A stretch of 64,000 bases of DNA from an uncultured Candidatus Rokubacteria bacterium (GCA_963762145.1 CAVXJS010000010.1:64001-128000), one strand, 5' to 3'. Counted from the stretch's first letter, positions 1 through 10,440 are shown. Notes: generated by a model from the letters alone, not told the origin. Numbers and translations are program-made.

Positions 1-10
1 GATCGGGCCC

Positions 11-1012
11 ATGAAGCTGGGCACGTCCGTTCGGTTCCTGTTCCCGACCTCGCCGGCCACCCACGAGCGGTTCAAGAGCCTGTTCGCGTCGATGCCGAAG
101 GGCGCCTTCATCGAGCGTCCGATGGGCGCGTACGCGCCCGCCGAGCAGGCGCGCAACCTGATGGAGGTCGCGGCCGCGGCGCGCGCCGCCGGGCTCGACG
201 CGCTGCTGACCGGCGACAGCCACGGCGCGAACCCGGGCTACGCCGCCACGTTCTCGCCGCTGCCCACCGTCGCCCGCCTGATGAGCGTGACCGGCGACAT
301 GCCGATCGGCGTGGTGCTGCTCGCGCCCTTCTATCACCCCGCGCTGCTGGCCGAGCAGCTCGGCACGCTCGCCGCGTTCGCGGGCGGCCCGCTGATCGTC
401 ACGTTCGTGCTCGGGGGCCGCCCGCCGCAGTTCGCCGCGTTCGGCATGGAGGAGAAGAGCCGCGTGGGCCGCCTCGAGGAGGTGGTGGCGATCACGCGCG
501 CGCTGCTCGCGGGCGAGCGGGTCACCCGGCAGGGCCGCTATTACACGCTGGATGCCACGATCAGCCCGCTGCCGCGCGTGCCGGTGGAGATCTGGATCGG
601 CGGTACAGTGGCCGCGTCGGCCGAGCGCGCGGGGCGGCTCGGCGACGCATGGCTCACCGGCCAGAACGCGAGCGACGAGGAGCTGCGTCGTCAGCTCGAT
701 CTCTATCGCGCCGCCGCGACGCGCGCCGGGCGCGTGCCGCGGCCGGTCCTGCGGCGCGACATCTACGTCGGCGAGTCGGACGAGGAAGCGCGCGCCGTGG
801 TCGGCGCGATCCTGGCCGAGGGCTATCGCGGCACGGGCTTCGACCAGCTGCTGGTCGGCAGCGCCGCCAGTGTCGTCGAGAGCCTCGGCCGCTACCGCGA
901 CATGGGCTTCGACTACGTGATGGTGCGGCACATCGTCGGCGACCATCGGCTCATGCTGCGCTCGTTCGAGCGCATCGGGCGCGACGTGATGCCCCGGATC
1001 CGGGATCTCTAG
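11..1012 (+). CDS. LLM class flavin-dependent oxidoreductase (luciferase-like)
   Basis: 333 aa with LLM-type motifs: LAEQLGTL, IWIGG, AAERAGRLGDAW, LVGSAASVVE, C-terminal FGRDVMP-like end. Confidence 0.85.
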   Translation: MKLGTSVRFLFPTSPATHERFKSLFASMPKGAFIERPMGAYAPAEQARNLMEVAAAARAAGLDALLTGDSHGANPGYAATFSPLPTVARLMSVTGDMPIGVVLLAPFYHPALLAEQLGTLAAFAGGPLIVTFVLGGRPPQFAAFGMEEKSRVGRLEEVVAITRALLAGERVTRQGRYYTLDATISPLPRVPVEIWIGGTVAASAERAGRLGDAWLTGQNASDEELRRQLDLYRAAATRAGRVPRPVLRRDIYVGESDEEARAVVGAILAEGYRGTGFDQLLVGSAASVVESLGRYRDMGFDYVMVRHIVGDHRLMLRSFERIGRDVMPRIRDL

Positions 1013-1268
1013 CCGCGCAGGATCAGCGCATCGCCTTTGACGGCGTGATGGCCGCTGGGCGTCCGGCGCCTGTCACTTCCGACCAGGCCCGGTTCTCCAA
1101 GTAGCTGATTCCGGGGTCTTCGGACCGTGGCCTGTCTCTTGCTGTTCCCCTCCCGGGGTCCGGGACGGAACCCACGGTCGCCAGGCTGGCGCTCTCCTAG
1201 TCCGCTCCAGATCTCGCTTTGACCGTGGCTCCTCCGTCCCGGGCCAACCACGAGTGAGGAGGGCGGTC

Positions 1269-1613
1269 ATGCGCACATCGCTCGTCGTCATCGCCGCGGT
1301 AGGCCTCTTCTGTGGATTCACCGCCACCCCCGAGCACGAGCGCAAGACGCGCGAGAACGCAAAGGGCTCGATCACCCAGGCGACGCAGGAGTGCTGGACC
1401 AAGCTCAAGGGCAAGGCGCAGGTGGAATGGTACGGTCACCTGCGGAAGATCGACGAGCCCGGCCGGGCGGACGCGATCATGATGTCGACGATGCGGGCGG
1501 TCGAGCGGTGTGTCGCCGAGGCCGTCGGCGGCCAGGAGTACGACCCGGCCACGTGGAAGACGGTCGACACCTTCGTGCAGCAGCGCTTCGGGATCCGCCC
1601 ACGCTCCGGATAG
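1269..1613 (+). CDS. Hypothetical exported protein
   Basis: GAGGAG upstream of ATG 1269; N-terminal hydrophobic signal; GC3-rich codons. Confidence 0.6.
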   Translation: MRTSLVVIAAVGLFCGFTATPEHERKTRENAKGSITQATQECWTKLKGKAQVEWYGHLRKIDEPGRADAIMMSTMRAVERCVAEAVGGQEYDPATWKTVDTFVQQRFGIRPRSG

Positions 1614-1637
1614 CCGCGTCAGGCCAGGTCCGGACCG

Positions 1638-2219
1638 TTACCGCCGCCGTTCCAGGTTGAGGTCCACGCGCCGTAGCTGCTGGATCTGGGCCTTGAGGCC
1701 GGAGGTCTCCTCCTCGCGAAGCTGCAGCTGCGCCTTGAGCCGCCCCGCTTCCTCCTCGCGCCACCGGACCTGCTGCCTGAGCCGGATGGTCTCCTCCTCG
1801 CGTACCTGGACCACCTGCTTGAGTCGCGCGGCTTCCTCCTCGCGGGCGAGCAGGTCGCTGAGCGTGGCCCGCCAGGCGCGCGCCTCGGCCTCCCAGCTGC
1901 TCTTCGGGAAGTCGTTCAGCAGCCGGGAGAAGGTCGCGTGTGCGACGCGATAGTTCCGGAGTCCGCTGGTCGGATCGACCTGGAGGCGCCCGAGATGATA
2001 GAGCGCCGGGGCCGCGGCGGGATCGCCGGGATATTCTCGCGCCACCCGCTCGTACAGCGCGCGGGCGGCGTGGTCCCATCCCTTGGCGACCAGCGCATCG
2101 GCGCGGGTCACCATCTGCTCGGCCTCCGACGGCTCGCGCTCCGCCGAGGGTAGCCAGCCCGTGGTGCAACCGGAAGCCAGCAGCAGCACCGCCAGGGCCG
2201 AGAGCCCGTATCCTCTCAT
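1638..2219 (-). CDS. Lipoprotein with TPR (BamD/YbgF-like) region and repetitive coiled-coil tail
   Basis: Lipobox LLLASGC; TPR-like helices (REYPGDPAAAPALYHLG, DFPKSSWEAEA); four 14-aa REEE repeats. Confidence 0.75.
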   Translation of the reverse strand: MRGYGLSALAVLLLASGCTTGWLPSAEREPSEAEQMVTRADALVAKGWDHAARALYERVAREYPGDPAAAPALYHLGRLQVDPTSGLRNYRVAHATFSRLLNDFPKSSWEAEARAWRATLSDLLAREEEAARLKQVVQVREEETIRLRQQVRWREEEAGRLKAQLQLREEETSGLKAQIQQLRRVDLNLERRR

Positions 2220-2262
2220 CCGTCCACCTCCGCTCCGCGTCTAGCTGACCAGCTCCTCCAGT

Positions 2263-2565
2263 CTACCCCCCGGGAGTTTTTACCCTGCAAACAGCTCCGG
2301 GGTGGCCGGCTTCGAGGTGCCGCAGGGGTGGCCGGGGAACCGGGATCGAGGCGCCGCGGTCCCACATGTGCCGCAGGAGCCGGCGCCGCTCGAGGTCGAG
2401 CTGGTCGAGCGCCTCCAGCGCCGAGGGCGCCTCCGCCACGCAGCCGGGCAGCTCCGGGTGCTCGGCCCGACGGAGCCACTGGCCCTCGCGCTCGACCGAC
2501 TCGAGCACGAGCAGGTACGGCACCGCCTCGTAGTAGGCGAGGGGCCGCCGGTCACCCCCCTCCAT
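2263..2565 (-). CDS. HicB-like (UPF0150/RNase-H-like fold) small protein without a DNA-binding domain
   Basis: ATG 2565 overlaps the Rieske TGA; motif YLLVLES...AEHPELPGCVAEAPSALEAL...GASIPVP. Confidence 0.7.
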   Translation of the reverse strand: MEGGDRRPLAYYEAVPYLLVLESVEREGQWLRRAEHPELPGCVAEAPSALEALDQLDLERRRLLRHMWDRGASIPVPRPPLRHLEAGHPGAVCRVKTPGG

Positions 2566-3866
2566 CAGACGAACGGCACCCACGCGATCGGCACGCCGGC
2601 GTCGGACTGGCGCGCCTTCTCCGTCGCGCTGATCCAGCTCGCGCCGTCCGGCAGGACCGCCGAGGCCGGCCGCACGCGGTAGAGGCTCGGGTCGTCCACG
2701 TTGGCGGGCAGCGTGCCCTGGTCCCGCAGCGCCTTTGCGGACTCGAGCAGCCGGCGCCGCACGAAGATCACCATGGCGTCGGTGGTGCCCAGGTGCTCCT
2801 GCGTCCGGTCGTAGATCGGGCCCATCGTCTCCGTCATCGCCCGGTCTTGCAGATTGCCGAGGAACGGGATGCCGAGGGTCAGCTCCTTCTGCAGCTCGTA
2901 GTCGACGCGGTAGTCGTTGTGGATGTTGGCCGCGGTGTAGAAGCGGCGGTGCGGATCGCCGCCCGACTCGACGTAGCCCCCCCACGAGGCGAAGGGATCG
3001 CGCACCTGCCGCGCCTCCTCCTCGGTCACCGGCCGATCGAGCCGCCCGCGCATCACGAACTGGAGATTGTGGTGGTCGTCGAGCGGTACCCAGGCCCGCG
3101 CCGAGACGATGTGCGGATCGCTCGCGGCGATCATCGAGTAGAACGGCAGGATGAACTGGGTGATGCGGTGCCAGTACAGCCCCTCGACGTCGGAGCGCCG
3201 CCGCGCCGAGTAGCAGGCCCCGTAGTCGGTGGGCAGCACCTCGAGCCGCGGGCGCTTGTCCCGGTGGAACGTGCCGCGCTGCTTGGTGTCGGGCGAGCGC
3301 TTGGCGTGCACGAAGTCGATGTGGGAGGAATCGATGTCGCCCTCGAGCGCCTGCACCCAGTTACACTCCTCCAGCATCATGAGCGGCGGGTACACCTGCG
3401 CGGCGGGCAGGGTGTTGATCTCGAAGGTCGGGAAGGGCGGCGCGGTCTGCCGCGGCCCCAGGTAGGTCCAGATCACGCCGTTGACGTCCCGGCACGGATA
3501 GGCCCGCGCCCGGATCTTGTCCTTGAAGGTGGACTCCTCCGGCTCGTTCGGCATGTCCACGCAGCGCCCGGTGACGTCGTACTTCCAGCCGTGGTACGAG
3601 CAGCGGAGCCCGCATTCTTCATTGCGCCCGAAGAACAGCGACGCGCCGCGATGCGGGCAGTTGGCGGCCAGCAGCCCGACCTCGCCCCGGCTGTCGCGGA
3701 ACGCGACCAGGTTCTCGCCGAGCAGGCGCACCTTCTTCGGCGGGCAGTCCGGCGCCGGCAGCTCGCTCGAGGGCAGGCACGGCATCCAGTAGTGCCGCAG
3801 GAGATCGCCCATGGGCGTTCCGCGTGAGACCCGGCACAGCAGCTCGTTGTCCTCGCTGGAGAGCAT
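2565..3866 (-). CDS. Rieske non-heme iron oxygenase alpha subunit (phthalate dioxygenase/LigX-like)
   Basis: Starts MLSSEDNELLCRV; Rieske motif CPHRG...CSYHGW; mononuclear Fe motif EGDIDSSHIDFVH and QDRAM. Confidence 0.9.
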   Translation of the reverse strand: MLSSEDNELLCRVSRGTPMGDLLRHYWMPCLPSSELPAPDCPPKKVRLLGENLVAFRDSRGEVGLLAANCPHRGASLFFGRNEECGLRCSYHGWKYDVTGRCVDMPNEPEESTFKDKIRARAYPCRDVNGVIWTYLGPRQTAPPFPTFEINTLPAAQVYPPLMMLEECNWVQALEGDIDSSHIDFVHAKRSPDTKQRGTFHRDKRPRLEVLPTDYGACYSARRRSDVEGLYWHRITQFILPFYSMIAASDPHIVSARAWVPLDDHHNLQFVMRGRLDRPVTEEEARQVRDPFASWGGYVESGGDPHRRFYTAANIHNDYRVDYELQKELTLGIPFLGNLQDRAMTETMGPIYDRTQEHLGTTDAMVIFVRRRLLESAKALRDQGTLPANVDDPSLYRVRPASAVLPDGASWISATEKARQSDAGVPIAWVPFV

Positions 3867-3888
3867 GGGCCGCCTCCTCTTGCCTCTC

Positions 3889-4852
3889 TTATTGCCAGAC
3901 CGCGAAGGCCATGCCGACGCCGGAGCCGGCCTCGGACCGGTAGCTCGGGACGTAGTCCACGAGGCGCATCGCCAGGTGCTCGGCCGCGCCGGCCGTGGCG
4001 ATCCAGTTGCGGATCTCGGAGTTGCCGGATTCGAGCTGCTGCCGCCGGCAGGCCGCCGAGCGCCTCGCCGTCCTTCTTGGCGAGCAGGTCGAGCACGTGG
4101 CGGTCCAGCTCCTCGTCCACGAAGAAGTGGCTGAGCCCGCCCGAGGCCAGGACGGCCACGCGCTTGCGGACCGGCCAGGCCTCGATGGCCTGCCGGATGG
4201 CCCGGCCGAGCTGGTAGCAGCGCTTCGGTGTCGGCTGGTTCGGCGGGTAGTACGTGTTGAGCAGCACCGGCACGATGGGCACCACCCGGTCGCCCATGAG
4301 CCGCTGGTGCACGAAGCTCCAGGCGTGACCGAAGGGACCGTGGCGCGGCTGCACGCGGATGTGGGCCACGTCGAAGTCGAAGTCTCGCGTGAGCGCCTCG
4401 ACCAGGTGCCGGCCGAGGGCCGCATCCACCGGGAAGGCCCGGTTCCGGCCGTCCCCGTACAGGCCCCAGTAAGAGAGCCGGCGAAGGGCCGGCACGCTCT
4501 CGACCGGCGGCGGGAGGTTCTCGACGGCCTCGCCCCAGTAGATGCAGAGCGCGGGCTGGTTGTCCGGGCTGAACCACTCGTTCTGGTCGTCGCCGATCAC
4601 GACGACCACGTCCGGGGCCTCCTCGGCCATGACCCCGGCCAGGTGCCGGATGGCCGCCTGGGTCGCGTCGTGGCGGGCCCGGGTCACCTCGGGCTCGAGC
4701 TCGCGGCCGATCCAGGTGGCGCTCTTGCGCGCCCGGGCCGCGAACTCGGGCAGGCGCGCCCGGTCCAGATCGCCGAGCCCCGCGAACGCCTCGTAGGGTG
4801 TGCTCAGCATCGGGCTGTGCGAGGTGCCGATGCCGAGGGTGACCTGTGCCAT
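3889..4852 (-). CDS. LigB-family (class III) extradiol ring-cleavage dioxygenase, one frameshift near 4040
   Basis: LGIGTSHSPML, IGDDQNEWF, ASGGLSHF in one frame; LESGNSEIRNW...GMAFAVWQ in the adjacent frame. Confidence 0.85.
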
Positions 4853-4966
4853 GCCGCTCCCCCATCGCCCGCCGCCTCGCGGGCTGCTCGATGCGCCCGA
4901 GAATCTGCCCCGGGGGACGCCAAGTCAAGGGGGCCGGGAGCTTCCGAGGGGGTCCCTGCAATGCGC

Positions 4967-4995
4967 TTGACGGCCTCCGGGGCGGCCGATAGTAT
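4967..4995 (+). promoter_or_regulatory. Sigma70-type promoter of the pqq operon
   Basis: TTGACG-N17-TAGTAT upstream of the GGAGGTG RBS of pqqA. Confidence 0.6.
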
Positions 4996-5043
4996 CGTGG
5001 CCGTGGGGCGATCTGGGCCGACCATTCACGGGAGGTGAGCCGC

Positions 5044-5142
5044 ATGAGCTGGGAGACGCCGGAATTCATCGAAGTGAAGATGGACGCTGAGATCAACTCG
5101 TACCAGGACGACTTCGAGCGCGAGCCGGACGACCGCTTCTAG
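5044..5142 (+). CDS. pqqA: PQQ precursor peptide PqqA (32 aa: MSWETPEFIEVKMDAEINSYQDDFEREPDDRF)
   Basis: Translated by hand (below the ORF-track cutoff); W-x-x-P-x-F leader, E-x-x-x-Y core (EINSY), strong RBS, directly upstream of pqqB. Confidence 0.92.
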   Translation: MSWETPEFIEVKMDAEINSYQDDFEREPDDRF

Positions 5143-5165
5143 AGCGGAACCAGCCGTTCGGCCAG

Positions 5166-5216
5166 CACCGCCAGCCCCCCGCTCGGCCATCATCGGCGAG
5201 CCGGGGGGCTGTGGTG
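5166..5216 (+). terminator. Long stem-loop between pqqA and pqqB (attenuator or mRNA stabiliser)
   Basis: CACCGCCAGCCCCCCGCTCG...CGAGCCGGGGGGCTGTGGTG inverted repeat followed by TCTTT. Confidence 0.65.
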
Positions 5217-5232
5217 TCTTTGGGGGTTCATC

Positions 5233-6170
5233 GTGCGCATCCGAGTGCTCGGCGCGGCGGCCGGGGGCGGCTTTCCCCAGTGGAACTGCGGCTGCCCGAA
5301 CTGTCGTGGCGTCCGCGCGGGCGACATCCGCGCGACGGCGCGCACCCAGGAATCCGTCGCGATCAGCGCCGACGGTGAGCGCTGGTTCCTGCTGAACGCC
5401 TCCCCGGAGATTCGCCAGCAGCTCGAGAGCTTCAGCGCGCTGCACCCGAAGGCGCCCCGCCACTGGCCGGTGGACGCCATCGTCCTCACGAACGGCGATC
5501 TCGACCACACGCTCGGCCTCCTGTCGCTCCGCGAGTCGCATCCCCTGGGGGTCTACGCCACCGAGCGCGTCCGCCGCGGCTTCACCGAGGGCAATGCTCT
5601 CTACCGCACGCTCGAGCGGTTCCCCGGCCAGGTGACGTGGCGCACGCTCCAGCCCGGTCGGGAGGTGGCCCTGGCCGCCGTCGACGGCCAGGAGAGTGGC
5701 CTCCTCATCGAGGCCGTTGCGGTACCGGGCAAGCTCCCGATTCACCTGGAGCGCGGGCTCGATGCGGCCGGCGCCGGCGACGCGCGCGACAACATCGGGC
5801 TCAAGATCCGCGAAGCCGCCACCGGGCGACGGCTCGCCTACTTCCCCGCGGCCGGTGGCCTGACCGCGCGAGCTCCGGAAGGCGCTCGCCGACGCCGACT
5901 GCGTGTTCTTCGACGGCACGTTCTGGTCGAGCGACGAGCTGCCCGCGCTCGGGCTCGGCACGAAGCGCGCCGAGGACATGGCGCACCTGCCGGTGGGCGG
6001 GCGAGGCCGGCAGCCTGGCCGCGCTCTCGCGGGCTGTCCGCGCCGCGCCGGATCTACATCCACATCAACAACACCAACCCCCTGCTGCGCGACGACTCGA
6101 TGGAGCGCAAGGAGGCGGAAGCAGCGGGGCTGGGAGATCGCCTGGGACGGGATGGAGGTCAGCGCTGTGA
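5233..6170 (+). CDS. pqqB: PqqB, metallo-beta-lactamase-fold protein (several indels after about 5870)
   Basis: LGAAAGGGFPQWNCGCPNC, FFDGTFW, YIHINNTNP, AWDGME motifs spread over frames. Confidence 0.9.
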
Positions 6171-6908
6171 CCGCGGGCACCGTGAAGCCGCCGCTCGACC
6201 CGCGAGGAGTTCGTCGCGTGGGTCCGCGCGCGAAGGCGAGCAGCGCTACCACGATCACCACCCCTACCACGCGCTGATGCACGAGGGAAAGCTCACGCCC
6301 GTGCAGCTGCAGCAGTGGGTGCTGAACCGCTACTACTACCAGACGCGCATCCCCATCAAGGACGCCATCATCCTGTCGAAGTCGGAGGATCCCGCCTTCC
6401 GCCGCATGTGGATCCGCCGCATCCGCGATCACGACGGCGACGAGGGCGGCGAGGCGGGGCTCGAGCTGTGGCTGCGGCTGGCCGACGGGGTCGGTCTCGA
6501 CCGCGAGGAGGTGGCGAGCTGCCGCTCCGTGCTGCCCGGCGTCCGCTTCGCCTGCGACGCCTACGTCGAGCTGGTGCGCGAGCGGAGCCTGGTCGAGGCG
6601 GTGGCCTCGTCCCTCACCGAGTTCTTCGCGCCCGACCTCATGTCCAAGCGCGTGCTCGCGTGGGAGAAGCACTACCCGTGGGTCAGCGCCGACATGCTCG
6701 CGTACTTCCGCTCGCGCGTGCCGCGCGCCCGGCGCGACTCGGAGGAGGCCATCGACTACGTCGTGCGTCACGCGACGACCCGCGCGATGCAGGAGCGCTG
6801 CGTCGCCGCGCTCATCCGCAAGACCGAGATCCTCTGGCACCTGCTGGACTGCCGTTCGCCGCGTACATCGAGCCGGGCTGGGGGCCCGCAGGAGCGCGCG
6901 CCACCTGA
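6167..6908 (+). CDS. pqqC: PqqC, PQQ synthase (indels near both ends)
   Basis: RYHDHHPYH, WVLNRYYYQTRIPIKDA, RIRDHDG, SSLTEFFAP. Confidence 0.9.
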
Positions 6909-7182
6909 TGGACGCCCTGAGCCGGCCGCGCCTGGCCGCCAAGGCGCGTCTCCGCTTCGACCGCAAGCGTCGCGCTACATGCTGCTCTACCCCGAGCGCG
7001 GCCTCGTGCTGAACGCGACCGCCGCCGACGTGCTCCAGCGCTGCGACGGCGAGCGCACCGTCGGCGCCATCGTGGAGGAGCTGGCCCAGAAGTACGGGCA
7101 CGAGCCGCCCGCGGTCGAGCGCGAGGTGATGGACTTCCTCCGGACGCTGGCCGACCGCGGCCTGGTGCAGGCGGCCGTGTGA
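6908..7182 (+). CDS. pqqD: PqqD peptide chaperone (RRE), indel near 6965
   Basis: MDALSRPRLAAKARLRFDRK then LLYPERGLVLNATAADVLQRCDG. Confidence 0.88.
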
Positions 7183-8272
7183 GCGAGCCGGTCCGTCCCT
7201 ACACCCTGGTGGCCGAGCTGACGTACCGCTGCCCGCTGCGCTGCGTGTACTGCTCGAATCCGCTCGACTACGGCCGCCACGACCGCGAGCTCGACACCGC
7301 GACGTGGTGCCGCGTCTTGCGCGAGGCCGAGGACCTCGGCGTGGTGCAGCTCAACCTGACGGGCGGGGAGCCGCTCGTGCGCGACGACCTCGAAGCGATC
7401 ATCGCGGAAGCGCGCCGGCTGGATCTCTACACGAACCTGATCACGAGCGGCATCCCGCTCAAGCGGGAACGCCTCGCCCGCTTCCGCAAGCCGGGCTCGA
7501 CAACGTGCAGATCTCCATCCAGGACACCGGGGCGGCGGCCTCGGACCGGATCGCGGGCCTGCGCTCGTTCGACCGGAAGCTCGCGGTCGCGGGCTGGGTC
7601 AAGGAGCTCGGGTTCCCCCTCACGCTCAACATCGTGCTCCACCGGGACAACCTCGATCGCGTGGACGAGGTGATCGCCCTGGCCGAGCGGCTCGGGGCCG
7701 ACCGCCTGGAGCTGGCCAACACGCAGTACCTGGGCTGGGCGCTCACGAATCGCGCCGCGCTCCTGCCCACCCGGGAGCAGCTCGCGGGCGCGCGGGAGGT
7801 GGCTGCCCACGCCCGGCGGCGGCTGCGCGGGCGCATGGAGGTCCTGTTCGTCACCCCCGACTACTACGCGGAGTTCCCGAAGGCCTGCATGGACGGCTGG
7901 GGCCGGCGCTTCATCGTGATCACGCCCGACGGCCTCGCCCTGCCGTGTCACGCGGCGCACACGCTCCCCGGGCTCCAGTTCGACTCGGTGACCGAGCGTC
8001 CGCTGGAGGAGATCTGGCGCGAATCCGCGGGCTTCAACGCGTTCCGGGGCGAGGACTGGATGCCCGAGCCGTGCCGCAGCTGCGACCGGCGCACGGTCGA
8101 CTTCGGCGGCTGCCGCTGCCAGGCGTTTCACCTGACCGGGAGCGCGGCGGCCACCGATCCGGTGTGCCGGCTCTCGCCCGATCACGGCCTGATCGAGACG
8201 GCGCGTGAGGCCGCCGCGGAGGCGCGCCCGGTGCCGCTGGTCTACCGCGCCCCGCGCGCCGGCGTGACATGA
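7179..8272 (+). CDS. pqqE: PqqE radical SAM/SPASM enzyme, indel near 7490
   Basis: AELTYRCPLRCVYCSNP; SPASM CMDGWG...PCH...CRSC...DFGGCRCQA. Confidence 0.92.
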
Positions 8273-8790
8273 AGCGGCGCCGGCGCATGGACGCGAGCCT
8301 CGGCATCCTGCTGGCCCTGACCCTGATCGCCGTCGTCGTGGCGCTCGTGCGGGATCCGCAGCTCGTGCTCCGCGGCTTCCAGTCCACGGGCCGGCTGCTC
8401 GGTGGCGTGTGGATCGAGCTGCTCCTGGGCTTCGTGCTGGCCGGGCTGCTCGACGTCCTGATCCCGGCCCCGGTGCTCTCGCGCTGGCTGGGCGGCGAGC
8501 GGCTGGGGCAGGGCATCCTCGTGGGCTGGGCCGCCGGCCTGGTGATGCCGGGCGGGCCCTATCTGGTCTTCCCGGTCGTGGCCAACCTGTTCCGGAACGG
8601 CGCCGCGCCCGGTCCGCTCATCGCCCTGCTCACCGCCAAGACGCTGGTCAGCCCCGTCCGGATGCTGACCTACGAGGCGCCGCTGCTCGGCTGGCCCCTG
8701 ACCCTGGCCCGCTTCATCCCTGGCGTGCTGCTGCCGCCGGTGCTGGGCTGGCTCGGCCAGTGGCTCTACACGCTCTTCGCCCGACGCTGA
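8269..8790 (+). CDS. Predicted permease (DUF318/ArsP-like half)
   Basis: Multiple TM segments, PGGPY motif, ATGA overlap with pqqE. Confidence 0.7.
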   Translation: MKRRRRMDASLGILLALTLIAVVVALVRDPQLVLRGFQSTGRLLGGVWIELLLGFVLAGLLDVLIPAPVLSRWLGGERLGQGILVGWAAGLVMPGGPYLVFPVVANLFRNGAAPGPLIALLTAKTLVSPVRMLTYEAPLLGWPLTLARFIPGVLLPPVLGWLGQWLYTLFARR

Positions 8791-8805
8791 GGCCGACCAG
8801 CCGCC

Positions 8806-10440
8806 CTAGGGAGCCTGCCCGGCCGGCTCGAGTGAGTCCCGGAGTGACGATGCCGGGCGGTCAGCCGCGAAGTCCGGTCTCGCGGGCCGCTTCTCCTCGA
8901 AGCCCGGGGTGATGGGTCGGAAGAAGGCATTCTGGAGCAGGCGTCCAGCGGTTTTCCACCGGCTGACGTGCGGGCGATCGACCGGCCCGGAAAGCCGCAC
9001 CACGGTCGCCACCTCTCCCCTCGAGCGATTCTCGAGCACCCGCGCGGCGGTCTGGACCATGCCGTCGTAGATACGACGGCCGGGTCCCGCGTCCGCGGCG
9101 CCGACCTGCACGTCCCGGACGAGCGGTTTGACGTAGCCGTCGATGGTTCCCCCCCGTATCGTGACGTCCGCGAAGACCGAGAGCTGCCCCGCGGTCACGT
9201 CGACGCCCGAATACGCTCGCACCAGCTGGCCGAGGCGTCCCAGGTCGGCGCCTTCGATCTGCGCCGTGAGATCGAGGTCGGCGCTACCGGTCTGCGGCTG
9301 CAGCGCGGCGGTCAGCCGAGTGGGGCCGCTGCCCATCAGCTGACCGTTCAGGCTGACGGATGCCCGCCCGTCACGTGCCTGGTTGCTGAGGTGCTCGACC
9401 CGGATATCCGCGTCGGTCAGCGCGACGCGATACGGTGGCGACGCGGCGCGATTGAGGAACCCGAACGTGCTCTTCACGACGTCCAGCCGATCGATTCGAA
9501 GCTGCACCGCCGGGGCATTCGCCATCTGCCTGGCTGTCCGCGCCGTCTGCTCGACCCGCGCCTGCTCCGCCTTTGCGGTCTGCGGCGTATGGGTGTAGTT
9601 CAGCGCCACTCGCTCGATGAGCACCCGCCCGAGCATCAGCCGGGCGACGGTTGGTCCATACTCGACCAGACCGCTCAGCGAGAGGCGCCCTTCGCGGATG
9701 GACAGGTTGTAACGATTGGCGAGCGGCTTGAAGTAGTCGAGCTGGACGTCGTCCAGACGCAGGGCGACATCCAGGCCTGGATGCGGCTCGGCCAGGAAGT
9801 CGGCCCGTCCATCGAGCCGCACCTGTCCGGTGTCGAACACCACCGCCTCCACGTGCAGGTCCGACGGATATACCTGCTCCGTCGACCGGATATTCCGGAT
9901 GTTCTCGGCGGTCACATTCAGGCGACTGATCTCGAGCGGCTTGTACGGTCCCGCGTCCGCGTAGGTCACCTTGCCGTCCAGGATCCGAAGCTGATTGATC
10001 TTCAGGTCCAGGGCGAGAGCTTCCAGGGCTTCTTGCCACCCTCGCTCGTCGAGCGGCACGTCGCTCGTGGCTTCGGCCCGGACCTGCCGCAGGTTGATCA
10101 CGGCGGTCGGGCGGTCGAAGATCAGCTCGGCCACGACGCGGCGATGGAGCAGAGCGCGCCAGTCGAGGCGCGTGACGAAGCGTTCCATGTGGAGCACGGG
10201 TGGATCGGGATTCGCATCCTGGATCAAGCTCGCGCCCTCGACCTCGACCGAGGCGTTCCACAGATGGACGCGGAGCACCGGGATGCGGACCGTGTACCCG
10301 GTCAGTCGCCGATTCGCCTCCGTCTCCATGTAGCGCCGGATCGGCTCGTCGAGGGACCGGGCGACGCCATAGACGAGAAGCGCAAGTACGGCACACGTCC
10401 CGAACACCAAGAGCCAGCGCCGTCGCCGCGAAGAACCCAT
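8806..10440 (-). CDS. DUF748 (AsmA-like) membrane-anchored protein
   Basis: N-terminal TM, beta-rich repeats, GYVKPL, LLQNAFF; paralogue of 12207-13781. Confidence 0.8.
   Translation of the reverse strand: MGSSRRRRWLLVFGTCAVLALLVYGVARSLDEPIRRYMETEANRRLTGYTVRIPVLRVHLWNASVEVEGASLIQDANPDPPVLHMERFVTRLDWRALLHRRVVAELIFDRPTAVINLRQVRAEATSDVPLDERGWQEALEALALDLKINQLRILDGKVTYADAGPYKPLEISRLNVTAENIRNIRSTEQVYPSDLHVEAVVFDTGQVRLDGRADFLAEPHPGLDVALRLDDVQLDYFKPLANRYNLSIREGRLSLSGLVEYGPTVARLMLGRVLIERVALNYTHTPQTAKAEQARVEQTARTARQMANAPAVQLRIDRLDVVKSTFGFLNRAASPPYRVALTDADIRVEHLSNQARDGRASVSLNGQLMGSGPTRLTAALQPQTGSADLDLTAQIEGADLGRLGQLVRAYSGVDVTAGQLSVFADVTIRGGTIDGYVKPLVRDVQVGAADAGPGRRIYDGMVQTAARVLENRSRGEVATVVRLSGPVDRPHVSRWKTAGRLLQNAFFRPITPGFEEKRPARPDFAADRPASSLRDSLEPAGQAP

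Noticed and set aside
3867-5096. 410-aa N-terminal extension of the Rieske protein in the ORF track
   Set aside because: It overlaps the extradiol dioxygenase and pqqA; the real start is ATG 3866 after GAGGAGG
5233-7182. Apparent 649-aa PqqB-PqqC-PqqD fusion
   Set aside because: Conserved motifs switch frames several times and native stop/start overlaps exist at 6167-6170 and 6906-6910; the fusion results from compensating indels
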